This document shows, one piece after another, positions 35,643 to 44,475 of a stretch of DNA of 64,000 bases. The notes below the pieces were generated by a model, which saw nothing but the letters and a program-made list of their open reading frames with translations, was not told the DNA's origin and did no database searches. Source of the stretch: an uncultured Solirubrobacterales bacterium (GTDB lineage: Bacteria; Actinomycetota; Thermoleophilia; Solirubrobacterales; 70-9); contig OY970339.1 in the NCBI GenBank assembly GCA_963717495.1, forward strand, positions 2,551,798-2,615,797, given 5' to 3'. How positions within the stretch are numbered: the first letter of the stretch is position 1; each line of letters opens with the position of its first letter. The position numbers and the translations under genes are program-made.

Positions 35643-35772
35643 GGGAGCGCCGATCATACGACGCTCCCGGTCGTGCATCCGTCCAGGCTCCGTCTCCACC
35701 GCTAGGGCGTGGGTACCTGGGCGGCCTTAGCCTTGCCGGGCTTCGGTGGGCGGGAATCGAAAGGAGCATTCG

Positions 35773-36792
35773 ATGCGTTCCCTTAGAGGACACTCGGGAG
35801 TGGCGGCGTCCGCTTGCTGCGCGGCGTTCGCGGCGTTATGCCTGGTTGCCGGGCCGGCGACGGCCGCTGACGTCTACCCGGCCGGGGGTGGCACCTTTAC
35901 GGGCGGCGCCCAGGGCTGGGAAGCCACTGAAGCCAGCTGCAACGTGCCGGCCTCCTGCACCGCCTCGGGCGGGTACGACGGCGCCAACGGCAATCCGCCC
36001 GGCTCGATTGCGGCGAACACGACCATCGGCCTCAACCTGTTGGCGCTGTTCAAATCGACCGTGACCCTGCAGTCGCCGGACTTCAGCGTCACCGGCGCTG
36101 GCGACGCGACGCTGCACCTCGACCGCCAGTTCATCTCCGGCTCCCTGCTCGACCTGGCGCCGCAGGCGACTTACAGCGTCACACTGATCGACCGCACGGC
36201 GGGGACGAAATCGGAAGTCTTGACGGAGGCGATGCCAGCCGCGTCTGAATTCATCGGCAAGGACCATGCAGCGACGGTCAAAGCCGGGCATACCTACGCG
36301 CTCTCGATCAAAACGGAAACGAGCTCGACGGTTGCGGGGACGGCGCTGCTCGGGGGCACCACCATCCTCCGCTTCGACAACGTCTCGCTGACCGTCGACA
36401 CCTCGGGCGGGGGCAGTGGTGGAGGCTCCGGTGGCGGTTCTGGCGCAGGTGGCAACCTCACCGATCGGCAGCTGCGATCGCTGATCGGCGGCAGCCTGAT
36501 CGGGCCGGCGATCCTGAAGGGCAACACGATCACGGTCAAGGCCAAGTGCCCCACCAAGGTCGGGGTTACTTGTCGGATCGCCCTACGGGGGATGCTCAGC
36601 CGCAAGAAGGCCGCGACCTCGAGCCGCAAGGCCAAGGTGGCGAAGGGCAAGACCAAGAAGTTCGTCCTCCGGGTCAAGCCCAAGGGGCTGAAGAAGGTGT
36701 CCCAGAGCAAACGGCTCCTGTTCAAGGAGACGGTCCGCGCCGGCAAGGCGAAGGCGACTGTCTACAAGCGGCTGAAGCTAGTCCGCCGCTAG
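35773..36792 (+). CDS. Secreted protein with poly-Gly/Ser linker and Lys-rich C-terminal beta-module
   Basis: ATG 35773 after RBS gaaaggag. Signal peptide 'AASACCAAFAALCLVAGPATAADV', linker GGGSGGGSGGGSGAGG, and a tail 'TVKAKCPTKVGVTCRIALRG...KFVLRVKPKGLKKV...KATVYKRLKLVRR'. Confidence 0.75.
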   Translation: MRSLRGHSGVAASACCAAFAALCLVAGPATAADVYPAGGGTFTGGAQGWEATEASCNVPASCTASGGYDGANGNPPGSIAANTTIGLNLLALFKSTVTLQSPDFSVTGAGDATLHLDRQFISGSLLDLAPQATYSVTLIDRTAGTKSEVLTEAMPAASEFIGKDHAATVKAGHTYALSIKTETSSTVAGTALLGGTTILRFDNVSLTVDTSGGGSGGGSGGGSGAGGNLTDRQLRSLIGGSLIGPAILKGNTITVKAKCPTKVGVTCRIALRGMLSRKKAATSSRKAKVAKGKTKKFVLRVKPKGLKKVSQSKRLLFKETVRAGKAKATVYKRLKLVRR

Positions 36793-38001
36793 CGCGCCCG
36801 GAAGCTCGGCCTCGTCCTGCTCGCTCTCCTTGCGCAGGGCGAGGCCGACGAAGGGGAAGACCAAGGTCGAGAGCATCGCCGCCCCGACCAGCCCCGCCGC
36901 GGTCGAGGTTTTCATGTTGTCGGTCTCGGTCGCGATCGTCGTGATCGCGACCACGAGCGGCAGCTCCGTCGCCGAGTAGAAGGCAAGTGCGGCGCGGTCA
37001 CGGGTACTGAGCGCGCCGCGGTAGAGCAGCATCGCCGGCACCCCGCGCACGACCAGGAAGAGGACGAAGAACATCGCCAGCTTCGCCAGCGCTTCGACCG
37101 AGCCGAGCGCGGCCAGGTCGAACTCGATGCCGCTGGTGACGAAGAAGAAGGGGACGAAGAAGCCGAATCCGACGGCGGTCAGCTTCGACTCGAACACCTG
37201 CAGCTCCTGTCCCTGCAGGGCGACACGGGTGATCATGCCGGCGACGAAGCCGCCGAGCAGCAGGTCGAGGCCAAGCTTGTTGGCGAGCAGCACGAGGCCG
37301 AAGACGAGGACGACGGTGACCCGCACCGCCAGCTGACTGCTCGACTCGAAGGTGCGCTCCAGGGCCGGCCAGCCGCGCCAGGCATAGCGCACCGAGAGCA
37401 GAGCCAGGAACAGTGCCAGGGCGATGAAGGCGAGCAGGATCACCGACTCGTGCAGGGGGCTGGCGGTCGAGAGGACCAGGGTAACCAGCAGGATTGGGCC
37501 GAACTCGCCGGCGCCGCCGGCCGCCAGCAGGTAGGTGCCGAAGCGGGTCTTGAGCTCGCCATTGTCACGCAGGATCGGGATCAGGGTCCCGATCGCCGTG
37601 GTCGCCATCGCCGAGCCGGTGTAGAGGTAGGAGAGCACGATTCCCGCCGCCGCCAGGGCGCCGCCGATGCCGTAGGCCAGCGCCACCGAGAGCAGCCAGC
37701 CCAAGGCGCCGAGCTTCATCGGCTTGCCTTTGATCCGATTGAAGTCGATCTCGTAGCCGGCGAAGAAGAAGAGCATCCCGAGGCCGAGGTTGGAGAAGAA
37801 TTCGATGAACTCGTCGGCGTGCGCGAGGCCGAGGAGTTCCGGCCCGACGACGATGCCCAGCATCAACTCGACCACGACGACCGGCGGCGCGAAGCGTTTC
37901 GGCACCACCGCGACGGTGATCGCAGCAACAGCGGCAACGACGACGATCGTGAAGAAGGAACCCGTGTCGATCTCGATGGCGGCTGTCGGCAGGGCGATCA
38001 A
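36778..38001 (-). CDS. Cation:proton antiporter (Na+/H+ exchanger family, CPA2-like)
   Basis: 407 aa with about 11-12 TM, 'LGLGMLFFFAGYEIDF' and 'AGGAGEFGPILLV'. Confidence 0.85.
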   Translation of the reverse strand: MIALPTAAIEIDTGSFFTIVVVAAVAAITVAVVPKRFAPPVVVVELMLGIVVGPELLGLAHADEFIEFFSNLGLGMLFFFAGYEIDFNRIKGKPMKLGALGWLLSVALAYGIGGALAAAGIVLSYLYTGSAMATTAIGTLIPILRDNGELKTRFGTYLLAAGGAGEFGPILLVTLVLSTASPLHESVILLAFIALALFLALLSVRYAWRGWPALERTFESSSQLAVRVTVVLVFGLVLLANKLGLDLLLGGFVAGMITRVALQGQELQVFESKLTAVGFGFFVPFFFVTSGIEFDLAALGSVEALAKLAMFFVLFLVVRGVPAMLLYRGALSTRDRAALAFYSATELPLVVAITTIATETDNMKTSTAAGLVGAAMLSTLVFPFVGLALRKESEQDEAELPGALAAD

Positions 38002-38037
38002 GGATCGTGATCCTACGGCCGGCAGGGTAGGATCGTC

Positions 38038-38312
38038 AGCGGACCGTGCTAGGCGGGGAGTTAGCGGTGCCTTGTCACCCGCAATCCGCTTTAGCGGGGC
38101 CGAATCCCGTTCCGAGGGGCTGGCCGTCGGGGTCAGTGCGTCGCGGCGGCGTTGACGGCCGGGTCCTGCGCGACGTGGGCACGCGAATCAGGTCAGGTCC
38201 GGAAGGAAGCAGCCTTAAGCGGATGCCGCGGGTGCCGCAGGTGAGCCCGGCAGGAGCCAAAAACGACGGACACGCCCGGTGACCACGCTTCGAAGGCGGG
38301 CGCACGGTCCAT
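38038..38312 (+). ncRNA. ffs: Signal recognition particle RNA, long (Bacillus-type, Alu-domain-containing)
   Basis: - Domain IV core caGGTCAGGTCCGGAAGGAAGCAGCC (38189-38214).
- 5' Alu-domain block gtgctaggcggggagttagcggtgccttgtcacccgcaatccgctttagcggggccgaatccc closely parallels B. subtilis scRNA as I recall it.
- Closing helix ggaccgtgc (38041-49) pairs with gcacggtcc (38302-10).
- The ends are approximate. Confidence 0.85.
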
Positions 38313-38320
38313 ACCTTCGC

Positions 38321-38366
38321 CGTATCCAAGTTTGTCCCGGCCATAGCGGGGACAAACTTGGATACG
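38321..38366 (-). terminator. Hairpin (18-bp perfect stem, 10-nt loop) downstream of the ABC-2 operon
   Basis: Arms cgtatccaagtttgtccc and gggacaaacttggatacg. It is AT-richer than its surroundings and has no clear U-tract. Confidence 0.45.
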
Positions 38367-38375
38367 CGCCGTTCT

Positions 38376-39194
38376 CTAGTCGATCAGTCGCTTGCTCATA
38401 CGGCTGATCGCGACGCGCCAGGTCAGCACGGCGAAGGCGACGAGGAAGGCGAAGCGGGCGAGGTCGACCCACTCGAAGCCGAAGGCGCCGCCGCGGACCA
38501 GTTCGACCAGCTGGTGCAGCGGGTTCACCTGGGCGACGGCCTGGACCCCCTCGGGCAGGCCGCTGATCGGGAAGAAGGTGCCGGCGACGAGGAAGAGCGG
38601 CGTCACGAACAGTGCCGTCACGTAGTTGAACTGGTCGATCTTGGCGACGGTCGCCGCCATCGCCACGCCGAAGCCGGAGAAGCCGAGCGCGGTGACGAAG
38701 GCGAAGATCGGCACCAGCAGCATCCCCGGCGCCGGGTCCAGGCCCCAGAAGAAGGTGACGATCAGCGGCACGCAGCCGTAGACGGCGGAGCGGGCGGCGA
38801 TCCACAGCATCTCCGCGGTGACCAGCTCTTCGACGTCGACCGGCGCCGCCAGGATCGCTTCGTAGGTGTTCTGGAAGCGGTGCTTGACGAAGGTGCCGAA
38901 CATCGAGGGCAGGGCGCTGGAGAAGATCACCGCGGTGGCGACCATGCCGGTGCCGACGAACTGGATGTAGGGGACGCCTTCGACTTCGTCGACCAGCGTC
39001 GCCCCGAGGCCGAGGCCGAAGGCGAGCAGGTAGACCAGCGGTTCGAGCACGCTGGAGAAGGTCGTGCCCTTCCAGTAGGTGCGGAAGTTGGCGACCTCGC
39101 GGCTCATCACGCCGGCGATCGCGGCCGGTTCCAGCCGCCGCATCCGGCGCGGGGGCCCCGTCCTGACCGGGGCGCTTTCGGCCGTGGCGCTCAC
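38376..39194 (-). CDS. ABC-2 type transporter permease (DrrB/NodJ-like)
   Basis: GTGA overlap with the ATPase stop. 272 aa with 6 TM, 'SREVANFRTYWKGTTFSSVLEPLVYLLAFGLG'. Confidence 0.85.
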   Translation of the reverse strand: MSATAESAPVRTGPPRRMRRLEPAAIAGVMSREVANFRTYWKGTTFSSVLEPLVYLLAFGLGLGATLVDEVEGVPYIQFVGTGMVATAVIFSSALPSMFGTFVKHRFQNTYEAILAAPVDVEELVTAEMLWIAARSAVYGCVPLIVTFFWGLDPAPGMLLVPIFAFVTALGFSGFGVAMAATVAKIDQFNYVTALFVTPLFLVAGTFFPISGLPEGVQAVAQVNPLHQLVELVRGGAFGFEWVDLARFAFLVAFAVLTWRVAISRMSKRLID

Positions 39195-40099
39195 TCCGCC
39201 TCCTCGCCGGTCAGCAGGACGAAGACGTCCTCGAGCGTGGCGGCGCGGACCACGGCGTCCTCGGGGACGGCGCCGTCGCCGGCCCGCTCGGAGCCGACGA
39301 TGGCGATCGCCGGTCCGGCCGGGCGCACCCGCAGGCCCGCGGCCTCGGCGCTCGCGCGCAACTCGACGAGCCGGTCGGGGGGCGCATAGACCTCGGCCGT
39401 ATGGCTGCCGGCGTGCTCGGCGATCAGGTCGCCGGGCCGCCCGCGGCTGATGATCTTCCCCTGGTGCATCACCGCCACCTCGTCGGCGAGCCGCTCGGCC
39501 TCCTCTATGTAATGGGTCGACATCAGGATCGTCGTCCCCCGCGATTTGAGCTCGCCGATCAGGGTCCAGAGCTCGGTCCGGATCTGCGGGTCGAGCCCGA
39601 CCGTCGGCTCGTCGAGCAGGACCAGGCGCGGCTCGTGGACGAGGCCGCGGGCGAGCAGCAGGCGCCGGCGCATGCCGCCGGAGAGTTTGTCGACGGCGTC
39701 GCGGCGGCGGTCGCGCAGGCGGGCCAGGTCGAGGGCGCGGTCGACGGCGGCGCCGACGTCCCTGACCCGGTAGAGGCGGGCGTAGACGGCGAGGTTGTCC
39801 TCGACGGTGACGTCGACGTCGAGGTTGTCGAGCTGGGGGACGACCCCCATTTCGGCACGGGCCGGCTTCGACTGCGACGGCAGCTCGTAGCCGAGCACGC
39901 GCAGCTCGCCGGCGTCGGCGACCGCCTGGCCGGTCAGCAGCCGCATCGTCGTCGACTTGCCGGCCCCGTTGGGGCCGAGCAGGCCGAGGCAGATGCCCTC
40001 GGGGACGTCGAGGTCGAGACCGTTGACCGCGGCTATGGAGCCGAAGCGCTTGAACACACCGCTGAGTTCGATCGCCGCCATCGGCGCTGATGCTTGCAT
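39191..40099 (-). CDS. ABC transporter ATP-binding protein (DrrA/NodI-like)
   Basis: Walker A 'GPNGAGKST', signature 'LSGGMRRR', Walker B 'LVLLDEPTVGLD'. Confidence 0.9.
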   Translation of the reverse strand: MQASAPMAAIELSGVFKRFGSIAAVNGLDLDVPEGICLGLLGPNGAGKSTTMRLLTGQAVADAGELRVLGYELPSQSKPARAEMGVVPQLDNLDVDVTVEDNLAVYARLYRVRDVGAAVDRALDLARLRDRRRDAVDKLSGGMRRRLLLARGLVHEPRLVLLDEPTVGLDPQIRTELWTLIGELKSRGTTILMSTHYIEEAERLADEVAVMHQGKIISRGRPGDLIAEHAGSHTAEVYAPPDRLVELRASAEAAGLRVRPAGPAIAIVGSERAGDGAVPEDAVVRAATLEDVFVLLTGEEAE

Positions 40100-40117
40100 G
40101 GAGGCTCGCCGGGCGAA

Positions 40118-40164
40118 GCGTGGCTGTCATTTCCTCCGCTATCCGGGAGAAATGACAGCCACGC
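40118..40164 (-). terminator. Hairpin (16-bp perfect stem, 15-nt loop) between the membrane-protein gene and the ABC ATPase gene
   Basis: Arms gcgtggctgtcatttc (40118-40133) and gaaatgacagccacgc (40149-40164). It abuts the upstream gene's stop codon. Confidence 0.4.
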
Positions 40165-41051
40165 TAGAGAGAGGCGAGGCGCTCGGCCAGCCAGAGGTCG
40201 CAGAGCCAGTCGCGCTGCTCGCCCTTCCTGCGGGTGACGAGGACGCCTTTCGGGCCGGCCTCGATGCTGAGCCGCTTGCCCGCGACGGCGAAATCGGCGC
40301 AGGGCTCGCCGACGTAGATCTCGCTGGTCCCGGCGTCTTCATGGCCGCCCAGCCGCACCGCCACCCGGCGGCCGTGGCGCTCGCCGCTGAGCACGGTCCA
40401 GCCGCGCAGCCGGTAGTCGAAGCCCGGCGTCGCCGGCATCCGCATCTCGAAACCGCCCTGCGGCCGCTCGCTCACCTGCAGCCCGAGTGGCTTCATCGCC
40501 CGGTCGGTGCGCTCGTAGCTCTGGCTGACCTCGCCGCCGGGGCCGATCGCGCGGAAGGAGCCGTAGAGGGCGGCGATCGCGATCAGCGGCCCGCCGATCA
40601 GCAGCGGCACGAAGCTTTCGGTCAGGTAGATCGTCGGCACCGTGAGGAAGATCAGCGCCGTCACCGCCATCGCCAGGTTCTGGCTGCGGCGGCTGACGTC
40701 CCAGACTTCGTCGCGGGCGCGGACCGCGTCGGCGTCGATCGGGGCGATCGCCAGCGCCGCCCAGAGCTCGGGCTCGCTCATCGTCGTCGGGTTGTCGACG
40801 TGCCCGCCCCCTTCGGCCGCGGCGCGGCCGGTCGTGGCGGCGTCGCCGCCGGCGGCCCGCGTCAGGTCGGAGCGCTGGAGGAGGAAGAGGATCAGGCAGA
40901 AGATCGCGATCACGCCGAAGATCAGGCCCCGGGTCAGCTTCGGGTTCGCTTCGCCCTGGCCCGTGGTGGTGGCGATCGCGATCGCCAGGGCGGCGACGAC
41001 GAAGACGCCGACGATCCCGAACACCCCCGAGCGCTTGAATCCCCCGGACAC
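40164..41051 (-). CDS. Hypothetical membrane protein (4 TM plus a soluble C-terminal domain)
   Basis: 295-aa ORF. I do not recognise the family. Confidence 0.6.
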   Translation of the reverse strand: MSGGFKRSGVFGIVGVFVVAALAIAIATTTGQGEANPKLTRGLIFGVIAIFCLILFLLQRSDLTRAAGGDAATTGRAAAEGGGHVDNPTTMSEPELWAALAIAPIDADAVRARDEVWDVSRRSQNLAMAVTALIFLTVPTIYLTESFVPLLIGGPLIAIAALYGSFRAIGPGGEVSQSYERTDRAMKPLGLQVSERPQGGFEMRMPATPGFDYRLRGWTVLSGERHGRRVAVRLGGHEDAGTSEIYVGEPCADFAVAGKRLSIEAGPKGVLVTRRKGEQRDWLCDLWLAERLASL

Positions 41052-41109
41052 GCGCGGCAGGCTACTTTGCGCGGCTCAAGCCGGGCAAGCGGGTTGTCGA
41101 TGCGACGGC

Positions 41110-41592
41110 ATGCCCAATCGCGCGCGTCTCCTCAAGCTCGTCCCGCTCATCCTGATCGCCCTCATGCTCGGCGGCACGACGATTGCCGGCGCCCGCTACG
41201 TGCGGCCGGTGCCGGCCCAGGACGGGCGCTACGGCGGACTGACCCGCGCCGGCGATGAGCTGCTCGGTTTCAAGCTCCGCAACCGCGTCGTCAGCGACCT
41301 CTTCTTCAACATGCACATGGAATGCCACAACACCGACACCAACGAAGACTACGTACGCGATTTCGACGTTCGCGGCATCGGCGGTGGCCGGATCGCCTTC
41401 GACGGGCACTGGGAAAGCCGCTACACCTCGGAAAGCAACGGTCGCTACGGCGAGGGGCTGGTCGAAATCAACTTCCACCGCGATGGCCGGATCTACGCCG
41501 GGGCTACGATCACGGTGCCAGGGCGGGGCGCGGATCTCGAGGTCTGCACCGGCCTGGTGCACCTGCGCATGCAGCGCGGCCCGCTCAGCTGA
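41110..41592 (+). CDS. Small secreted hypothetical protein (paralog A of 42440..42964)
   Basis: Internal ATG of track ORF 40642..41592. Signal/TM 'LLKLVPLILIALMLGGTTIAGA'. Shares 'V.DL.FN....C' and 'LE.C.G...LR..RG' with the protein at 42440. Confidence 0.65.
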   Translation: MPNRARLLKLVPLILIALMLGGTTIAGARYVRPVPAQDGRYGGLTRAGDELLGFKLRNRVVSDLFFNMHMECHNTDTNEDYVRDFDVRGIGGGRIAFDGHWESRYTSESNGRYGEGLVEINFHRDGRIYAGATITVPGRGADLEVCTGLVHLRMQRGPLS

Positions 41593-41595
41593 GAG

Positions 41596-42384
41596 GTGGC
41601 GGCGGTGCTAGATGAGCGCTGGCTGCGCTCGCTGCACGTGGAGTCGATGCGGCGCGCCGACCTGCACGCCGAGCACCAGCCGCACGTCCTCTTCCAGGCT
41701 TCGACGATCGGCGCCCTGCTCGACGGCGCCTATGACGGTGACCTCAGCTTCGCCGAGCTGGCCGAGCACGGCGACCTCGGGCTGGGGACGCTGAACCGGC
41801 TCGACGGCGAGATGATCGCCCTCGAGGGCGAGTTCTTCCGCGCTGACGTCGACGGCGCCATCCACCCGATTCCCGCCGACGCGCTGACCCCCTTCGCGGT
41901 GGTGACGAGGTTCGCGGCGGAGCTCGACGAGCGGATCGAGGGCGCCTTCTCCCACGCGGAGCTGCTGGCCCGGCTCGACACGCTGGTGCCGGCGTACGCC
42001 TCCTCCTGCGCGATCCGCCTCGACGGCCGCTTTGAGCTGGTCCGCGCCCGCTCGGTTCCCGCCCAGAGCCCGCCTTACCGGCCGCTGGCCGAGGTCGTCG
42101 CCGACCAGCACGTCTTCGAGCTCGAGGACGTGGCCGGGACGATGCTCGGCTTTCGCTTCCCCGCCTACGCCGAGGGGATCGAGGTCGGCGGTTACCACCT
42201 GCATTTCATCGACGAGGATCGCGCCCGCGGCGGCCACGTGCTCGACTCGCGCTCGCACGACCTGCGGGTGCGGCTCGATCTCGCCAACGACCTCCACGTC
42301 GAGCTGCCGCCGCGGATCGAGCTGGCCGACCCCGATCTGGCCGCCGCCACGCACGCCGCGATCAGACGCGCGGAGGGCGGCTAG
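41596..42384 (+). CDS. budA: Alpha-acetolactate decarboxylase
   Basis: 'LFQASTIGALLDGAYDGDLSFAEL', 'GLGTLNRLDGEMIALEGEFF', 'YHLHFIDEDRARGGHVLD'. The start is uncertain (GTG 41596 or 41605). Confidence 0.85.
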   Translation: MAAVLDERWLRSLHVESMRRADLHAEHQPHVLFQASTIGALLDGAYDGDLSFAELAEHGDLGLGTLNRLDGEMIALEGEFFRADVDGAIHPIPADALTPFAVVTRFAAELDERIEGAFSHAELLARLDTLVPAYASSCAIRLDGRFELVRARSVPAQSPPYRPLAEVVADQHVFELEDVAGTMLGFRFPAYAEGIEVGGYHLHFIDEDRARGGHVLDSRSHDLRVRLDLANDLHVELPPRIELADPDLAAATHAAIRRAEGG

Positions 42385-42439
42385 CGTGGGAAATCGCGTG
42401 CAGGATTCAAGCTCCAGGCGGGGAACCCGATAGCCAGCG

Positions 42440-42964
42440 ATGCGGCGCACCCCCTCCATATCCCTGCGCGCCGTTGCCACCGCCCTGCTTGTCGCCCTCG
42501 TCGCGACGACCGCGCTGGCACCGAGCGCCGGCGCTCGTCGCACCACCGCAGTCGTCCCCAACGGCACCTACGGGGTGCAGGGCCCGCGCGGCGAGTACGT
42601 CGTCTTCGTCGTCCGCGACCGCAAGGTCCGCGACCTCAACTTCAACATCCAGGTCACCTGCCAGGCCTCCGACTCGTCGATCAGCGAACAGCGCTTCTTC
42701 ACGGCCGGCGCCGAGGCACCGCAGGGGCGCCGCATCCCCGACAGCGGGAAGCTGATCCTCAACTGGCAGGAGCGCGGCAACGGCCGCCTCGGCCAGGTCC
42801 ATGTCGAACTCAAGTTCGGCGTGCGCGACGTCGCCAACTTCGGCGTGATCGTGCCGGAGGAGCCGGGGCCGGAGCCGGTTCCCGACGAAGCGCTGGAGAG
42901 CTGCGACGGCGTCAGCTCGCTGCGCTTCCACCGCGGCTTCGAGTTGACCCCGCTGCCTTACTAG
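42440..42964 (+). CDS. Small secreted hypothetical protein (paralog B of 41110..41592)
   Basis: Signal peptide 'AVATALLVALVATTALAPSAGA'. 174 aa. See the paralog note for 41110..41592. Confidence 0.65.
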   Translation: MRRTPSISLRAVATALLVALVATTALAPSAGARRTTAVVPNGTYGVQGPRGEYVVFVVRDRKVRDLNFNIQVTCQASDSSISEQRFFTAGAEAPQGRRIPDSGKLILNWQERGNGRLGQVHVELKFGVRDVANFGVIVPEEPGPEPVPDEALESCDGVSSLRFHRGFELTPLPY

Positions 42965-44475
42965 CAGCGCCGGTAGACCTGCCAGGACTCGTTCTCGGCG
43001 ACGAGGCGGAAGCCGGTCGGTACCTCGAGGTCAAAGTCGGTCGGGTCGTTGGGGTCGAGGATGAAGTTGTGGATTACGAACTCGTCGGCGGGGGCGAGGA
43101 AGTAGCCGCGCCTGGGCACGCCTTCCTCGCTGGCGCTGACGATCCGGGTCGGCTTGACGTCGAGCCCGAAGGCGAGGCGAGGGATGGCGCGGTGGTTGGG
43201 GACGGCGATCGGTCCGCAGAGCGGATCGAAGGCGTCGGTGTCAACGAGGTCGCTGAGGTCACCCTCGATGCGGGCCTGGTTGGTGAGGTCGGTGTCGACG
43301 CGGGAGTCGAGGTCCCACTGGTTCGGCAACCAGACGAGGAACATCAGCGCGACCAGGCCGGCGAAGAGCTGCCAGCGCCGCCGCCAGGGATGGCCGACCT
43401 CCAGCAGCCGCCAGCCGAGCAGGGCAACCCCGGCGAAGATTGCCAGCACCGCGGCGGCGAGCATCGTGTAGCGGGGCAGGATGGCGAGGCCACCGCAGGC
43501 GAGCAGGGCGAAGGCGCCGAGGGCGAGGACGACCGCGACGGCGCCGAGGGCGGAGCGCCGCCGCAGGAAGGCGAGTCCCAGAGCGAGGCCGCCGAAGGCA
43601 CCGATCATCCCCGGCCACTGCAGTACCTCGCCGAGGCGCCGGGGCCCGTAGAGGACGAGGTCGACCGGCCCGGTCTGCCGTTCCAGGGTCTCGACCGTTT
43701 CTTTGGTGCCGGTCCACGAGTTGAGCGCGTCGCCGGCCGTGATCGCGTCGAAGAGGATCCAGAGGATTGGCCCGGCGAGAGCAAGCGCAATGAGCGCAGG
43801 AGAGGGTACGGAGAGGGCGCCCCTCGCTCGGACAAGTGCCGGTCTAATGAGACCGGCACTTTGAGTATCCGCCCGTTCGAGGGGCGCCCTCTCCGTACCG
43901 TCGGCATCACGATGGGGGTTCCACGCCAGGTAGACCAGATAGACGATTGAGAAGAGCCAGGCCTCGGGGCGCAGCAGCCCGGCCAGGGCCAGCAGCGCCA
44001 GCACCGGCCAGCCGGCGCGGGGGCGCTTCGCCTCGACCAGCAGGGCGGCGAGGCAGAGGGCGATGTAGGGGAGGTCGATGTAGGCGCGCAGCCCGTTGGA
44101 GAGGAAAGGGGCACGGGTGAGGACGATCGCGGCGGCGACGGCGCCGATCCAGCGGTCGAACCAGATCGCCCCGAGCCGGTAGACGAAGAAGCCGATCAGC
44201 CCCAGCGAGGCGTAGGCGAGCACCATCGTCACCGTGATCGCGCCGTTCCCGAGGGGGGTCGTCACCAGCCCGAGCAGCTCGGTCAGCGGGTGCGGGGTCG
44301 GGGGCAGCGCCGAGCCGACGTCCGGGCTCACCCCGTGCGCCAGTTCGCGTCCCCAGACGAGCGCGTAGATCGTGTCGTAGTTGGGGAAGCCGACCGGGAA
44401 GACGAGCAGCAGCACCGCCGTCACCGCGGCGACCCAGGCGGCCGGCGTCAGCCAGCTGGAGAGCCTCGATGGCAC
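42961..44475 (-). CDS. Polytopic membrane protein, GT-C (ArnT/PMT-like) glycosyltransferase candidate
   Basis: 504 aa with about 11 or more TM and a soluble C-terminal domain. The general architecture resembles dolichyl/undecaprenyl-phosphate-sugar-dependent glycosyltransferases. I did not verify any catalytic motif. Confidence 0.55.
   Translation of the reverse strand: MPSRLSSWLTPAAWVAAVTAVLLLVFPVGFPNYDTIYALVWGRELAHGVSPDVGSALPPTPHPLTELLGLVTTPLGNGAITVTMVLAYASLGLIGFFVYRLGAIWFDRWIGAVAAAIVLTRAPFLSNGLRAYIDLPYIALCLAALLVEAKRPRAGWPVLALLALAGLLRPEAWLFSIVYLVYLAWNPHRDADGTERAPLERADTQSAGLIRPALVRARGALSVPSPALIALALAGPILWILFDAITAGDALNSWTGTKETVETLERQTGPVDLVLYGPRRLGEVLQWPGMIGAFGGLALGLAFLRRRSALGAVAVVLALGAFALLACGGLAILPRYTMLAAAVLAIFAGVALLGWRLLEVGHPWRRRWQLFAGLVALMFLVWLPNQWDLDSRVDTDLTNQARIEGDLSDLVDTDAFDPLCGPIAVPNHRAIPRLAFGLDVKPTRIVSASEEGVPRRGYFLAPADEFVIHNFILDPNDPTDFDLEVPTGFRLVAENESWQVYRRC
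43805..43899. repeat. Nested palindromic element inside the GT-C coding sequence
   Basis: Outer 22-bp perfect arms ggtacggagagggcgcccctcg (43805-43826) and cgaggggcgccctctccgtacc (43878-43899). They enclose a second perfect 10-bp hairpin, agtgccggtc (43835-44) and gaccggcact (43851-60). The ORF reads through it ('GTERAPLERADTQSAGLIRPALVRARGALSVP'). Confidence 0.7.
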
